This document shows positions 54,601-64,000 of a stretch of DNA of 64,000 nucleotides, piece after piece. The stretch lies in contig OX597823.1 of assembly GCA_951406725.2 (NCBI GenBank), positions 25,048,001 through 25,112,000 on the forward strand. Direction: 5' to 3'. Source of the stretch: Octopus vulgaris (lineage: Eukaryota). Position numbers and translations under genes: made by a program. The notes under the pieces are model-generated. The model had not been told where the DNA came from. It searched no databases and saw only the letters and a list, made by a program, of their open reading frames with translations. Position 1 is the stretch's first letter; each line of letters begins with the position of its first letter.

Positions 54601-57600
54601 TCTGATTCTTAAATTTGGATGCAGGCATTGCTATATGATTAAGAAGTTCACTTTGTACTTATATGGTTTGGGGTTTGATTCCATTGTGTGATGCCTTGGC
54701 CAAGCATCTTCTATAGCTATGAGTGAAATTTGGTAGATCCAAACTGTGTGGAAGTATGTTCAAGTGACTGCTCCTGTTCTTGAGTATTAGACTTAATCCA
54801 TCATCTGATTTAACCTCCTAACCCTTGAGTACTTTTAGCAAAGTCTGTTTTGTTTTCTGGGAGTCTTGAAAATGGTTTTGAGCACTACTCTTCTGCTGAA
54901 GAAGCTGTTAAAAAATACAAGAATATTTAGTAGTTGTCTGCCATGTGGTTGAGAACCTTGCTTCGCAACCATGTGGCCTTGGGTTTAGTTCCACTATGTG
55001 CCACTTTCGACAAGTGTCCTCTACTATAGCCTTGGGCCAACCAAAACCTCGTGAATGGATTTAGCAAATAAACTCGAGTGTATGTATATATCAATGTGTG
55101 CGTATGTCTTTGCGTTTGTCTTCCATCACCATTTGACAATCAGTGTTGGTTCGCTTATGTTCTTATAACTTGGCAGTTTGGCCATAGAGACTGATAGAAT
55201 AAAAACCAGGCTTAAAAAATGAGAACAGGGGTCGATTTGATCAATTAAAAACCCTTTGAAGCAGTTCCCCAGCATGGCTACAGTCCAAGACTGAAACAAA
55301 TAAAACAAATGATAAAATAGAAATAGAAATTAATATGTTGAAATATTTTACTTGGACAGCTTTATCTTATTCTTCTTTCCTGTTATTAATTTCTAGCATA
55401 TACTTTATTGTGTAATATTTTAAAGAAGTGCCATGACAAAAATACTTGTTAGTGTTTTGTTCTGCTGCTCTACATTTTGAGTTCACATCCCACTGGAGTT
55501 GCCTTGGGACCAATAAAATTAGTACTACTCAAGAATTAACGTTATCTCTATGCATCTACCCCTTCCACCAAATATTTGTGGACTTGTGCCCGTATAAAGA
55601 ATAAAATAGGATGAAATATTTTGCTTCAAAACCGTCATCTAACTTTTTCATCCTTTAAATGATTGCTGTAGACCATGTCTAAATATATTGTTTCAATATC
55701 ACTTATTTTGTTTTGTTTGACTCCATTCTACAGATATCAGCACTGTATTCCTTGCTGCCAACAGTTTTATCAATCCTTTTGAACATTTAAGTCAAGAAGA
55801 AACCAGAAGAATGGTACAAGGCTATATAGCTTTCCTAAAAGACAACACTCGCCTAATCCAAAATCCAGGACTCAAGGTAAGTTATAAAGTGAATAATTTT
55901 CTACTTCAAGTGTGACATATCTATTTTATACCCGTGACATACCTGTTAATCTTCTGCTTGATTTATACCTAATTTGAACATCTGTTGATCATAAAACAAA
56001 CATAAATGGATGAGGCAATTGCAGTGGGAATACTATGTAGATTAAGGATTGGATAAAAGTTTAGTTTGAAATGAGTAGTCAAATGCTGTAAAGATGACTG
56101 AAAGAGTTGAGGCTAGTGAAAAAAGTGGATTTTGGTGGAAATGGTATATAATCACTGTTTTGAAAAGTAGAGGTGATCTAACTAAATGAGAGAGGATATA
56201 TTACAGCAACAGGAATATTGCTTTCAGAATTTGTTTTTATATGCTCTTCAGTGGGTGAGAATCGAAGTAAACTTACGTGAACTAAGTCTGTATTGCCTAG
56301 AAGAGTTATCTCATTTTTCATATATGCAATTTCTTGGTTGAGACAGTTGATATTGCTCTCCTGTTTCACATAATGAAACCAGGACTAAATACTCTCTCTT
56401 AAAACTTCTTTCAAGCTTAAATGGAATTTTTATTTATAAACAGTTAAAAGAGCTATTTGGGTATTTTCTCTTAATATTTAGAACCCTTTTCTTGGCTAGT
56501 TATGAAGAGGACTTGACAACAGTATTTTAATGGTGTTCCATTGCCTGCTGGCTGACCTCCAGGATGTTACTGACTATTACCATATTGTTAATATTGTAGA
56601 ATATGAACTTACCCAACAAACTTTGTATTGGCTGTGGTTTCTAACATAAGAAATTTGCAAATATTTCTTGTTACTATATTGTTTTTATTTTCACTTCAAA
56701 ATATCTTTAACAATTTTAGGATCAAATTCGAAATGATGTTGCTGCTACTGCAAGAATTAATGATGAATGGGTGCGACGTTTCCATACAAGTCAACTGAAC
56801 GATTATATCATACGGCGGTAAGTTTAGTTCAGCTCCTTTTACAATATTTGCCTTTCTCTTTTTCTGTGGTTCAATATATTTTTTGATAGGAGGTGATTAA
56901 CTGCATCACCATGGTAATGCTGACTGCAGTATCTTCAGTACTAATATCTCCATCATCACTACCATGGCAGTAGCCATGGTAATGGTGATAGTAACTTTGC
57001 AATTATTGTTAAAGATAAGTATGGCTACACAGTGTAGCTGGTCAAACACTTGGAACACGTGTGATTGGCTATCAGTATAACAGATCTTATATATCCATGT
57101 GACTGCATAAGTCACCATGCTACAGGTATTATGTTGTTAACTTAGCAATGCCATGTTCCAGATTGTAGCATTTGGTGTTGGGGGCTGAAACAAGATTCTG
57201 TACTAGAAATAGCATGCCTACTATATTGAAAAGTTGGTATAAAAATATTATTGATGATGGCAATTAACAAAATTCAGTATGTCATTCTGTATACAGTAGT
57301 CTGACATCATTGAAATGAAGCTTGAATATGGATATATTTATGCTTGGAAACAGGTGAAGGTTGCTGAGCAAGAAGGGCATCCAGCAGAAGAGAATCTGCT
57401 TCAATGAACTTTGTCTGGCCCATGCGAGCTTGGAAAATGTGGTGACAGTCATGTCCATATCTTTATTAAATACATCTGTTGTAATGTAACCTAAGACTTT
57501 AGAATTAAACCATAGAGCTTTCAACAGCTTGGTATGAAGATTAAATTAACTTGTTTTCTCTTTTATTTACAATTCATCAAGGACATTTATTTCTAGTTGG

Positions 57601-60600
57601 GAAGTAGAGGTTTATGAAAGACAAAACTAGTTCAATCTTCATGCTAACTGCTGAAATCTGTCTTAAACATGGAAATGATTCCATTCATTTATTAAACCTA
57701 CAAAGATTGTCTCCCTTATTTCCAATATCCCTGTTCATTGAGGCTTCTAGGGTCTGGAGGCCGCATGCCCTCTCTGGCCATCACTTACTGAATAAACCCT
57801 AGTAGGCTGTGTTTCTCTCTAGTCTCACAGTGTAAAGCAAATATCATCTCTCTCTCTTAGATAGAAAACCTGTCTAAGTTAATATTATCCATTCATTCTT
57901 TCTTAAAACCAGCGCCATTGAGGAATTGTAGAATAAAGTGTCCTACTCAATGACTTAACAAAATACTTAGTGGAGTTAAACTCACAAACAAGAAGTTGAC
58001 AGCTCAGTATTATCAAAACATCAACATCCATGTTTGTGTAGGCCTTCTACAGTACATACGTATATGCATGCCTGTATATATGCATAAGAATGAAAGGTAT
58101 GCATCCAGAGAGAATTGTACACATTTAGATGATACCTTGATGTGTCAACCACTTTATATACCTACATTACTCAGCAGATTTAACATGTAATATAATATTC
58201 ATGCTTTTGTCTTTTGATTTTACAGATATGTTGCAACACCTGGTGGTTCATTCCGAGTTTACCCAGGTACACTAATGGATAAGACCTATGACCCCACTAA
58301 AAGACCATGGTTTGAAAGAGCACTTGCTTTCCCAGGTTTTGTGACACTTGCTGCTCCCTATCTAGATGTTGGAGGTGCTGGTTATATTGTCACTGTCAGC
58401 CATACTATATTTGAGGGAAAGTAAGTATATATATTTATATAAATGTATGTATACTATATATAAATGTGTATAAATCATGCATATATAATTGTGTGTGTGT
58501 GTGTGTACTTGTATCTATATATTTGTACACTAGACTAGATAATTTGAAATGTACAGTTAATACACTGTGATTCAAATCAGACTGAAAGTTTAGCCAAGTC
58601 CAAGTTTGTATATAGATATCTATAAATATTTATAAGCTACTAAACTCTGGACAGACAGATGTTCTTTTTCTGTGAAAGAAGGCAGAAAACTAGAAATTGG
58701 TCAGTTCAATCTCATTTTTTTCTATCCACAGAGTGATAAGACTGGTTGTATGACCAATTTCTTTACTTTTCACAGTAACCCTAAAATTGATAATCATTAA
58801 AATAAAGTATACTTTATATTCCCTGGTAATCAAAAACTCCCATAGTTTGAGTGACTGATTGTCTTCAACAAGCGAGGACAATAAACGAAAATATCTTATT
58901 TAGAAAACAGGTCAAAATTAGCAACAGGAAGAGCATCTCATCATAGAAAATCTGCCACAACATGCTCCATTTAGCCTATGCTTGCATGGGAAGACTAACA
59001 TAAAAACAATGATGATAATCATCACTCACTGTCTCTCTCTCTCATTTACTGAGAGTAGTCACTCTTATTGTGAAGATCAAGTTGACTGGCTGAACAAGCC
59101 AGTCAATGAAGCTTGAAGTCACTGTCAACTTAATTATATTTAATTTTACTAAGTATTTTCTGATTTATTATAATTTTTCACTATTTTGTTGTTTTATTTT
59201 TTATTTATTTATTATCATATTTCTATTTTGTTTTCTTGCAGGAGAGCTGCCCTCCACAGTCCCCAAGACAAAGTTGCTGCTGTGATGGGCATGGATATCA
59301 CCCTTGGCTATTTCTATAAGATTTTGGCCGAGAAAGTACCAGCCTGTGAACAACCAACTGTTAGGTAAGAAGTTATTTTTTATGATTTCAGTATGAATAG
59401 GTTGGTCTGATTTGAGAGAGATTCAGTTATTTGTAGCAGGTTCAGTGACCAAGTAGAAGTCATGTAGCATTTGAAGAAGTAATTAATAAGGCTATATTTC
59501 ATGCACACCTCTTTCCATATTTTATTCTGTAACAAGTACACAGACACATCCATCTGTCCGTCCGTGTGGAGCAAGCAGTGCTCCCCCTAGATAAGGCTGC
59601 TTGGTTGTTTAGGACGCTAACGAGTGATGTCGTCTCCAGATCAACACCAAGCGACCAATATCCTGAACTGCCTGCATGCAGATTGGAAGCTGCACCGTCC
59701 AGTGACATTGCCGTTTTCACCCCTACCCATCGTTCATTTGCCATGGCCCAGCAAGTTAGGATGATGATAGAGAGATCCTCGGATCATAGGTTTTATATCG
59801 GAGTGTCCTTCTAGACAGGCTGCCAATCATGGCTAATGAGTCCCATCTACTTGGAGTGGCCTGGTTATACTGCACCAGACACCTGCAGTTGTCCTGTCCT
59901 GTTGGTTTATATCCAGGTGATACCATGAGGAGGTTGAAGTAGGACTTGGGGTTTACACCATTTTTTGGAAGTTTTAGTCCAGTATGGTGCTCCCACAAGT
60001 AGCATCTGGTGACTATGTGGACCCCCATATACCGCCCAAGGAAAGGGCGGTATACACTCTTTATGTGTAATTGATTTCATATTATGTACGAACCATAGCT
60101 TACCCAAGATTTGATGTTAGAGAGAGCTGAGTCACTTAATATCCAAATTATTTCATAAAATGATATTTTTATTTTGTGTATTAATCTTTGGTAAAATATT
60201 TTGATTGCTAGCTTCTGAAGTCTTTGAGATACCAGAATAAACACTGAAGTTATAACTCAAGCAAATAAGCATAAAAAAACAATAGCATATAATTTTTTAA
60301 CAGTTTGATATGTGAGATAGTAGATGTGTGTGTGTATGTGCTACTGAGGGAAGTTACAGCTTCACATTGATTGGGATGTATGGATAAATGTTATCTTGCC
60401 TATTATATATTGATGGAATTATTTCTTTAAAATTGAAGTTTATTAATTTATTGAAGTTTATTAATTTTAAAGCTATTATGTTTCCGTTTTGCATTGATAT
60501 AAAAAAAATGTAACTGTAAATTATAACTACACCAAATATCACTGATCATCCCTTTTTTTGTTGTATGGTTGTAGATGCTTTATCATGGATGATAATGGCT

Positions 60601-62616
60601 ACCTCATTTCTCATCCTGACCTTATTGAACCAAATCGAAAAGGTCCTGTTGAGCAACAACATATCACACACAAGGTAAGTGCCATATTGTGTCAAAGCCA
60701 ACTCTGGATTGATTTATTCATCTTACATTAGTGAATGCCTTTGATGTCCAGTTTTCTCGATTGTATTCTTGTATGATTAATTAACTATTTTAATAAGCAA
60801 ATATCTGAGCTTACAGCTTCTTACATGTATGCGCGTGCACGCACACACACACTGTTGACCATCTATTCAGTAGTTAACTCCTAACAATAACATATAACAC
60901 ACCAGCATGGTCCTGTGACTATGAAGTCTGCTTTACAATCATGTTGTTTCGGGTTCTGTCCCACTGCACCACACGTTAGGCAAATGTTTTCTACCATAGC
61001 TCTCAGTCAGCCAATGTTTTGGAGGTGAATTTACAAGGATCACATAAAAAATGTCCACTACACTCTTGGAGTGGTTGGCGTTACGAATGGCATCCAACTG
61101 TAGAAACCTTGCCGAATCAGATTGGAACCTGGTGAAGCCCCCTAGCTTACCATGCCAGCATAGAAAGTAGATATTAAATGATGATGATGAAACTACAGAG
61201 CTCATCCTGTACGAGTGTCTCTGCATGAAATTCTCTACTAACATTATTGTTTATTGATATTTTCTCAGTCAACAAATACTCCAGTATTTCTTCACTTTCA
61301 AAGTTATGTGGAATGAAACTCTCTTACGTGAAGAAAAAGCAAAGGTTATCTGGATGTTAAAACAATGTTTTGGTAACATGTATTCATCTAACCCTTGCCA
61401 CTATAGAAGAAATGAATGTAAAACGAATTAATGTATGTGTGTATGCGTAAAGCATTTGTATCACAAAATGACTACCATAATAGATCTGTCACTTTTCAGG
61501 AGAATGGAAGGTATCTTTCTCCATTGTAAGCCATTATTAGTTTCTGTCAGAATCACATTGGCCATATTTTCTGGATTTCATATTGGATGGAGTTGGTTTA
61601 TAATGTAATATTTATTATGAATTGTGTTTTGTACAATAAGGATCTTTACTTGGGACTATAGTGTTGCTTACAAATAAATAACTGTTCACTATAGTTTATA
61701 TATGTTATACCATGTTAAAATCACACAAATAACTAAGTGTTAACATATTTACCCTTTTAGCATTCAGGTTATTTTCTCAAATGTAATGCTTTATTATTCA
61801 CATTATCTTGAATTAATCATGCATTATCTTGTAGCTTAGGGATTTCAATTATGAGAGTGTACATTTTTAGAGTAATATTGTAGGGTAAATGTGAGCAGCT
61901 AGATTTGAACAGTTTGCACATCAAACATGTAGAATATTTGGGCCAGTTGTGGCCAGTTTAAATACTAAAGGGTTAAATTATGAAGCATTAAAAGATCACT
62001 GAAATTATATAGGAATAATATTCTCCTTGTTCAGTTAATGAGCTGTAACTTTGGTCATGGTTGAGAGTGAGAGTCAAATTAGTCAGAAGGCAAACAATAT
62101 TTCAGTTTTTCTTTCCTATCTGTCTAAAATGGCACAAGCACTTTCATACATATATATACTCACAATGGAGTTCCCACCTTCTATATTCACCCACAAGGCT
62201 TTGGTCATTTCAAGGCTATAGCGGAAGACACTTGTCCAAGATGCTGTGCAGCAGTACTGAACCTGAAACCATGTGATAGCTCTATATGTTTGCAAATTTA
62301 TCACCTTGTACACACACATGTGCATTAACAGTGCTCACAGCCAAAATACATAGTAAACAATGAAATTCATTGTATGTCCTGATAAGAAGCGAAGGACTTG
62401 GCTCTTAGATATTTTGGGGTATGAATGCTTGTGTGTGTATGTGCATGTGAGGGGGCATGATATATACACCCCTAATGATTTGTCTTGATTTGATATAATT
62501 TTGTTTCTTTTCTTCAGGAACCACTCATAGCAAATGATATATTGAATCATCGAGGATTTGTTCAGAAGAAACTCTGCAATAGATACAATGACCGAACTGT
62601 TCAAAGATTCTATAAT
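30573..62616 (+). CDS. CACHD1: CACHD1 orthologue, partial: 21 internal exons, 2505 nt / 835 aa; N-terminal and C-terminal exons not in window
   Basis: Manually spliced exons with AG/GT boundaries and matching phases give a stop-free frame. Recognisable CACHD1 motifs: [110 protein letters not shown]. Confidence 0.96.
32140..32430 (+). mobile_element. CR1/L2/Jockey-group LINE RT fragment
   Basis: [32 protein letters not shown], resembling DLSKAFDxVWHxxLLxKL. Confidence 0.7.
34037..34185 (+). CDS. CACHD1: CACHD1 exon B (149 nt) [15 protein letters not shown]...[11 protein letters not shown]
   Basis: tttcag / gtgagt; conserved CC motif. Confidence 0.92.
35400..36600 (+). mobile_element. 5'-truncated RTE LINE
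   Basis: Collinear with 17500-18687; [20 protein letters not shown]...GRGKPRKTW; 3' UTR repeats and gatgat tail. Confidence 0.9.
36677..36820 (-). mobile_element. Family A copy (young)
   Basis: (CAT)n + cgtttaacgtcc...tttctacagctggatgcccttcctaacgcc. Confidence 0.85.
37393..37690 (+). mobile_element. Tc1/mariner transposase C-terminal remnant
   Basis: [29 protein letters not shown] matches PLDFFLWGxLK..VY; partial TIR cctatgtatc is complementary to gatacatagg near 34550. Confidence 0.65.
38122..38228 (+). CDS. CACHD1: CACHD1 exon C (107 nt) [16 protein letters not shown]...[10 protein letters not shown]
   Basis: ttgtag / gtaagt; SCD and AFNPGR motifs. Confidence 0.93.
38457..38851 (+). mobile_element. 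Non-autonomous Helitron
   Basis: A|TC start (tctttatatataaaa), 3' hairpin cccgagcaacgccggg, CTAG|T end, no TSD. Confidence 0.85.
38903..39050. repeat. Degenerate 21-bp minisatellite
   Basis: Units like tcacaaccattgtncctcacc, about 7 copies. Confidence 0.7.
39205..39343 (+). CDS. CACHD1: CACHD1 exon D (139 nt) [22 protein letters not shown]...HDIRHR
   Basis: tttcag / gtaagt; KWQYF motif; missed by the ORF track. Confidence 0.93.
40725..40869 (+). CDS. CACHD1: CACHD1 exon E (145 nt), start of VWA domain with DHGLS MIDAS variant
   Basis: tttcag / gtaagc; [23 protein letters not shown]. Confidence 0.95.
40945..41125. repeat. Degenerate minisatellite, about 36-bp unit, about 5 copies
   Basis: attcaatgctttctacatta...ttaattag repeated. 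Confidence 0.75.
42351..42486 (+). CDS. CACHD1: CACHD1 exon F (136 nt) [10 protein letters not shown]...QATYETR...LKKEN
   Basis: gacag / gttagt; phase-consistent. Confidence 0.92.
43214..43285 (+). CDS. CACHD1: CACHD1 exon G (72 nt) [23 protein letters not shown]
   Basis: ccccag / gtgagt; T.H..GFQ.AF motif. Confidence 0.92.
44284..44430 (+). CDS. CACHD1: CACHD1 exon H (147 nt) [13 protein letters not shown]...[10 protein letters not shown]
   Basis: tttcag / gtaagg. Confidence 0.93.
44722..44822 (+). CDS. CACHD1: CACHD1 exon I (101 nt) [25 protein letters not shown]...AIL
   Basis: A-rich acceptor (aaaacag) with ctaat branch-like site just upstream; TTG|gtaaag donor; FL.D.A.QN..KY.VP motif. 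Confidence 0.9.
46126..46258 (+). CDS. CACHD1: CACHD1 exon J (133 nt) [21 protein letters not shown]...[11 protein letters not shown]
   Basis: ctttag / gtaaaa; missed by the ORF track. Confidence 0.93.
47220..47369 (+). CDS. CACHD1: CACHD1 exon K (150 nt) LTMSISQAC...GVVGVD...SYAFIINTD
   Basis: tttcag / gtaagt; Cache-domain GVVGVD. Confidence 0.95.
48442..48565 (+). CDS. CACHD1: CACHD1 exon L (124 nt) [11 protein letters not shown]...[13 protein letters not shown]
   Basis: tttcag / gtgatc (weak donor). Confidence 0.94.
49681..49795 (+). CDS. CACHD1: CACHD1 exon M (115 nt) [12 protein letters not shown]...VYSWRK
   Basis: tttcag / gtaacc; divergent loop ending in Y.W motif; phase-consistent. 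Confidence 0.88.
50226..51000 (+). mobile_element. Non-autonomous Helitron
   Basis: A|TCTATATATATATAAAAGGCAG start, (GTCT)n, 3' hairpin cctgggcaacgccgag, ctgCTAG|T end. Confidence 0.85.
51253..51603 (+). mobile_element. SINE family B, near full length
   Basis: ggagtggctgtgtgg head; ggcatcttgggcaagtgtc core; tail aatgactgaaacaagtaaaag; many related copies in window. Confidence 0.85.
52274..52352 (+). CDS. CACHD1: CACHD1 exon N (79 nt) [26 protein letters not shown]
   Basis: ctccag / gtaagc; phase 0-1 bridges exons M and O. Confidence 0.88.
53038..53124 (+). CDS. CACHD1: CACHD1 exon O (87 nt) [28 protein letters not shown]
   Basis: gtttag / gtaagt; YHRLDLL motif. Confidence 0.94.
54938..55310 (+). 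mobile_element. SINE family B
   Basis: Collinear with 51253-51603. Confidence 0.8.
55734..55876 (+). CDS. CACHD1: CACHD1 exon P (143 nt) [11 protein letters not shown]...[11 protein letters not shown]...[12 protein letters not shown]
   Basis: ctacag / gtaagt. Confidence 0.95.
56720..56817 (+). CDS. CACHD1: CACHD1 exon Q (98 nt) [17 protein letters not shown]...LNDYIIR
   Basis: ttttag / gtaagt. Confidence 0.94.
58226..58420 (+). CDS. CACHD1: CACHD1 exon R (195 nt) [14 protein letters not shown]...YDPTKRPWF...[18 protein letters not shown]
   Basis: ttacag / gtaagt; highly conserved second dCache domain. Confidence 0.96.
59242..59364 (+). CDS. CACHD1: CACHD1 exon S (123 nt) [26 protein letters not shown]...CEQPTV
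   Basis: ttgcag / gtaaga. Confidence 0.95.
59547..60060 (-). mobile_element. Non-autonomous RTE-like element (5' UTR-like body, (GGAC/GGAT)n tail)
   Basis: GC/CpG-rich insert; minus strand has gtagatgggactcattagcc...ggcagcctgtctagaaggacactcc...aaacc, resembling RTE 5' UTR motifs; 10-bp terminal hairpin. Confidence 0.55.
60575..60674 (+). CDS. CACHD1: CACHD1 exon T (100 nt) [14 protein letters not shown]...VEQQHITHK
   Basis: ttgtag / gtaagt. Confidence 0.95.
61044..61190 (+). mobile_element. Family A copy
   Basis: ccactacactcttggagtggttggcgtta...ttaaatgatgatgatg. Confidence 0.75.
61752..61972. mobile_element. piggyBac-like MITE
   Basis: ttta|CCCTTTTAGCATT ... AATACTAAAGGG|ttaa terminal inverted repeats with TTAA-like target. 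Confidence 0.65.
62518..62616 (+). CDS. CACHD1: CACHD1 exon U (99 nt) [33 protein letters not shown]
   Basis: cttcag / gtaagc; gene continues beyond window. Confidence 0.95.
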
Positions 62617-63194
62617 GTAAGCTGTAAAACCTAAGTTTTGCTCTGCTCTTCATAAATAAGGAACATTCAAATCTCAAGTATTTTAAGTATTGCCACCTAT
62701 GTTCACAATTATTGAAAGTTATGTATATAAGGAGAAAATTGTTACCAGATTTCACAGGAATTCATGTTGTGATTTCTTTATTTTTCATTACTTTTGTATT
62801 AGTTCATAAATAAAGAAGCACAGTGGCTTCTTTATTTAGGTACTGGACTACTGAGCATATGGTGACAAGTTTGAACCTTCTACTATTCCAGAGTAAGATA
62901 CACAAGTCTGCTTGCTTTAGTTAGCATAAGTATTTGAGATAATATAGGACAAGTTCACAAATTAATTAAATGTAATAATGAAATGACTTCAGGTTTGAAT
63001 TATAGTTTCTGAAAACAGAAGCAAAATCTTCAAATCACCATACCATCCTAAAAAAGGAAGAACATATTGAATAATGTGGACTAGATACAGTTTGCCTGAA
63101 AAAACAATGTTGATTAAGGCTAGATCACTTTTATTATCATTATTAACTTCTCATTAGATGAATAATTTTTCAAGTATTATTTAAAGCAGTCATT

Positions 63195-63409
63195 TCATCA
63201 TCATCATCGTTTAACGTCCGCTTTCCATGCTAGCATGGGTTGGACGGTTCGACTAGGGTCTGGGAAGCCAGGAGGCTGCGCTAGGCCCAGTCTGATCTGG
63301 CAGTGTTTCTACAGCTGGATGCCCTTCCTAACGCCAACCACTCCGTGAGTGTAGTGGGTGCTTTTTACGTGCCAGGCGAGGCTGGCAACGGCCATGATCG
63401 GTTGGTGCC
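63195..63409 (-). mobile_element. Family A copy (young, CpG intact)
   Basis: catcatcatcatcgtttaacgtccgctttccatgctagcatgggttggacggttcg... Confidence 0.88.
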
Positions 63410-64000
63410 ATACAATTATGTAATGGTTATAGTACAATTAATTAGAAAGGACATTGGCTTAGATGAGATGCACTCAGGTTGTAATTTATTGAGGATGAAA
63501 GTAAGAATATTTGAATAAGTTATGGGGAGAGAGAGAGAGAGATAAAAGCATGTAGAAATATATGGGCATACCCTATAATAGCATGTTACTGCATCCACCA
63601 TCTGTTGGTGACTCCCTACTCTTGGTGGATGGCACCAGTGCGCCACTCAGGCAGCAACCTTCCAATCCTTGGTGTTATTTGGATAGTCATTGCTAGTGAG
63701 GGTTTTGCAAGGTTGGAGTGCAAATCCTACCGCAACCTCTTTTAGTCAGGTCTATTTGACATGCTGGTCCCTCCATGCAAGCTAGGAAGAGACCACAAGA
63801 ACAATCCAACAATTGACTTTTTATAGATACGGTGATGTCATAGATATAAGGTGAAAGACTTAGATAGTATCAGAAAATAATGGTATGATAAAAATGAATA
63901 TAACAGTGAATGTTTTTATGACTGATCTAATTTTTGTGTGTGTAGTTGAGATTGACTGAAGTAGTGTTTCAGTAGTCAGGCTGTTGATGTACAGTAAAAG

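Noticed and set aside
59239-59244. CAGGAG tandem (NAGNAG) acceptor at exon S
   Set aside because: GAG acceptors are weak; no evidence of use from sequence alone
30573-62616. Assignment as a calcium channel alpha2delta (CACNA2D) subunit
   Set aside because: DxGxS MIDAS and CACHD1-specific motifs (AFNPGR, YHRLDLL, QQHITHKEP) favour CACHD1

Overview
AT-rich, CpG-depleted, repeat-dense animal genomic DNA. The SINE/LINE families and microsatellite load look like an octopod cephalopod; that is inference from recalled repeat families, not verified. The only protein-coding gene I can support is a + strand CACHD1 (VWFA and Cache domain-containing protein 1) orthologue. It has 21 GT-AG exons between 30573 and 62616 that splice in phase into 2505 nt (835 codons) without a stop, covering dCache-VWA-dCache. 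I could not find the signal-peptide exon, which is probably upstream of base 1, and the C-terminal exons lie beyond the window. The first 30 kb therefore looks like one long intron. Introns carry decayed RTE, Hero-like, R4/Dong-like and CR1/L2-like LINEs, Tc1/mariner remnants, three non-autonomous Helitrons, a piggyBac-like MITE and several SINE families. Most ORFs in the supplied track are spurious. Best leads: (1) a pair of phase-complementary cryptic exons that could add 39 aa after the VWA domain; (2) an RTE-like element with a degenerate HDV-like ribozyme core; (3) an intact dCache amino-acid-binding motif; (4) several long inverted repeats (foldbacks centred on (AT)n, head-to-head SINE arrays) that would make dsRNA in the pre-mRNA; (5) a 79-nt element duplicated about 100 nt upstream of two consecutive exons. 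I found no clearly novel multi-gene system.
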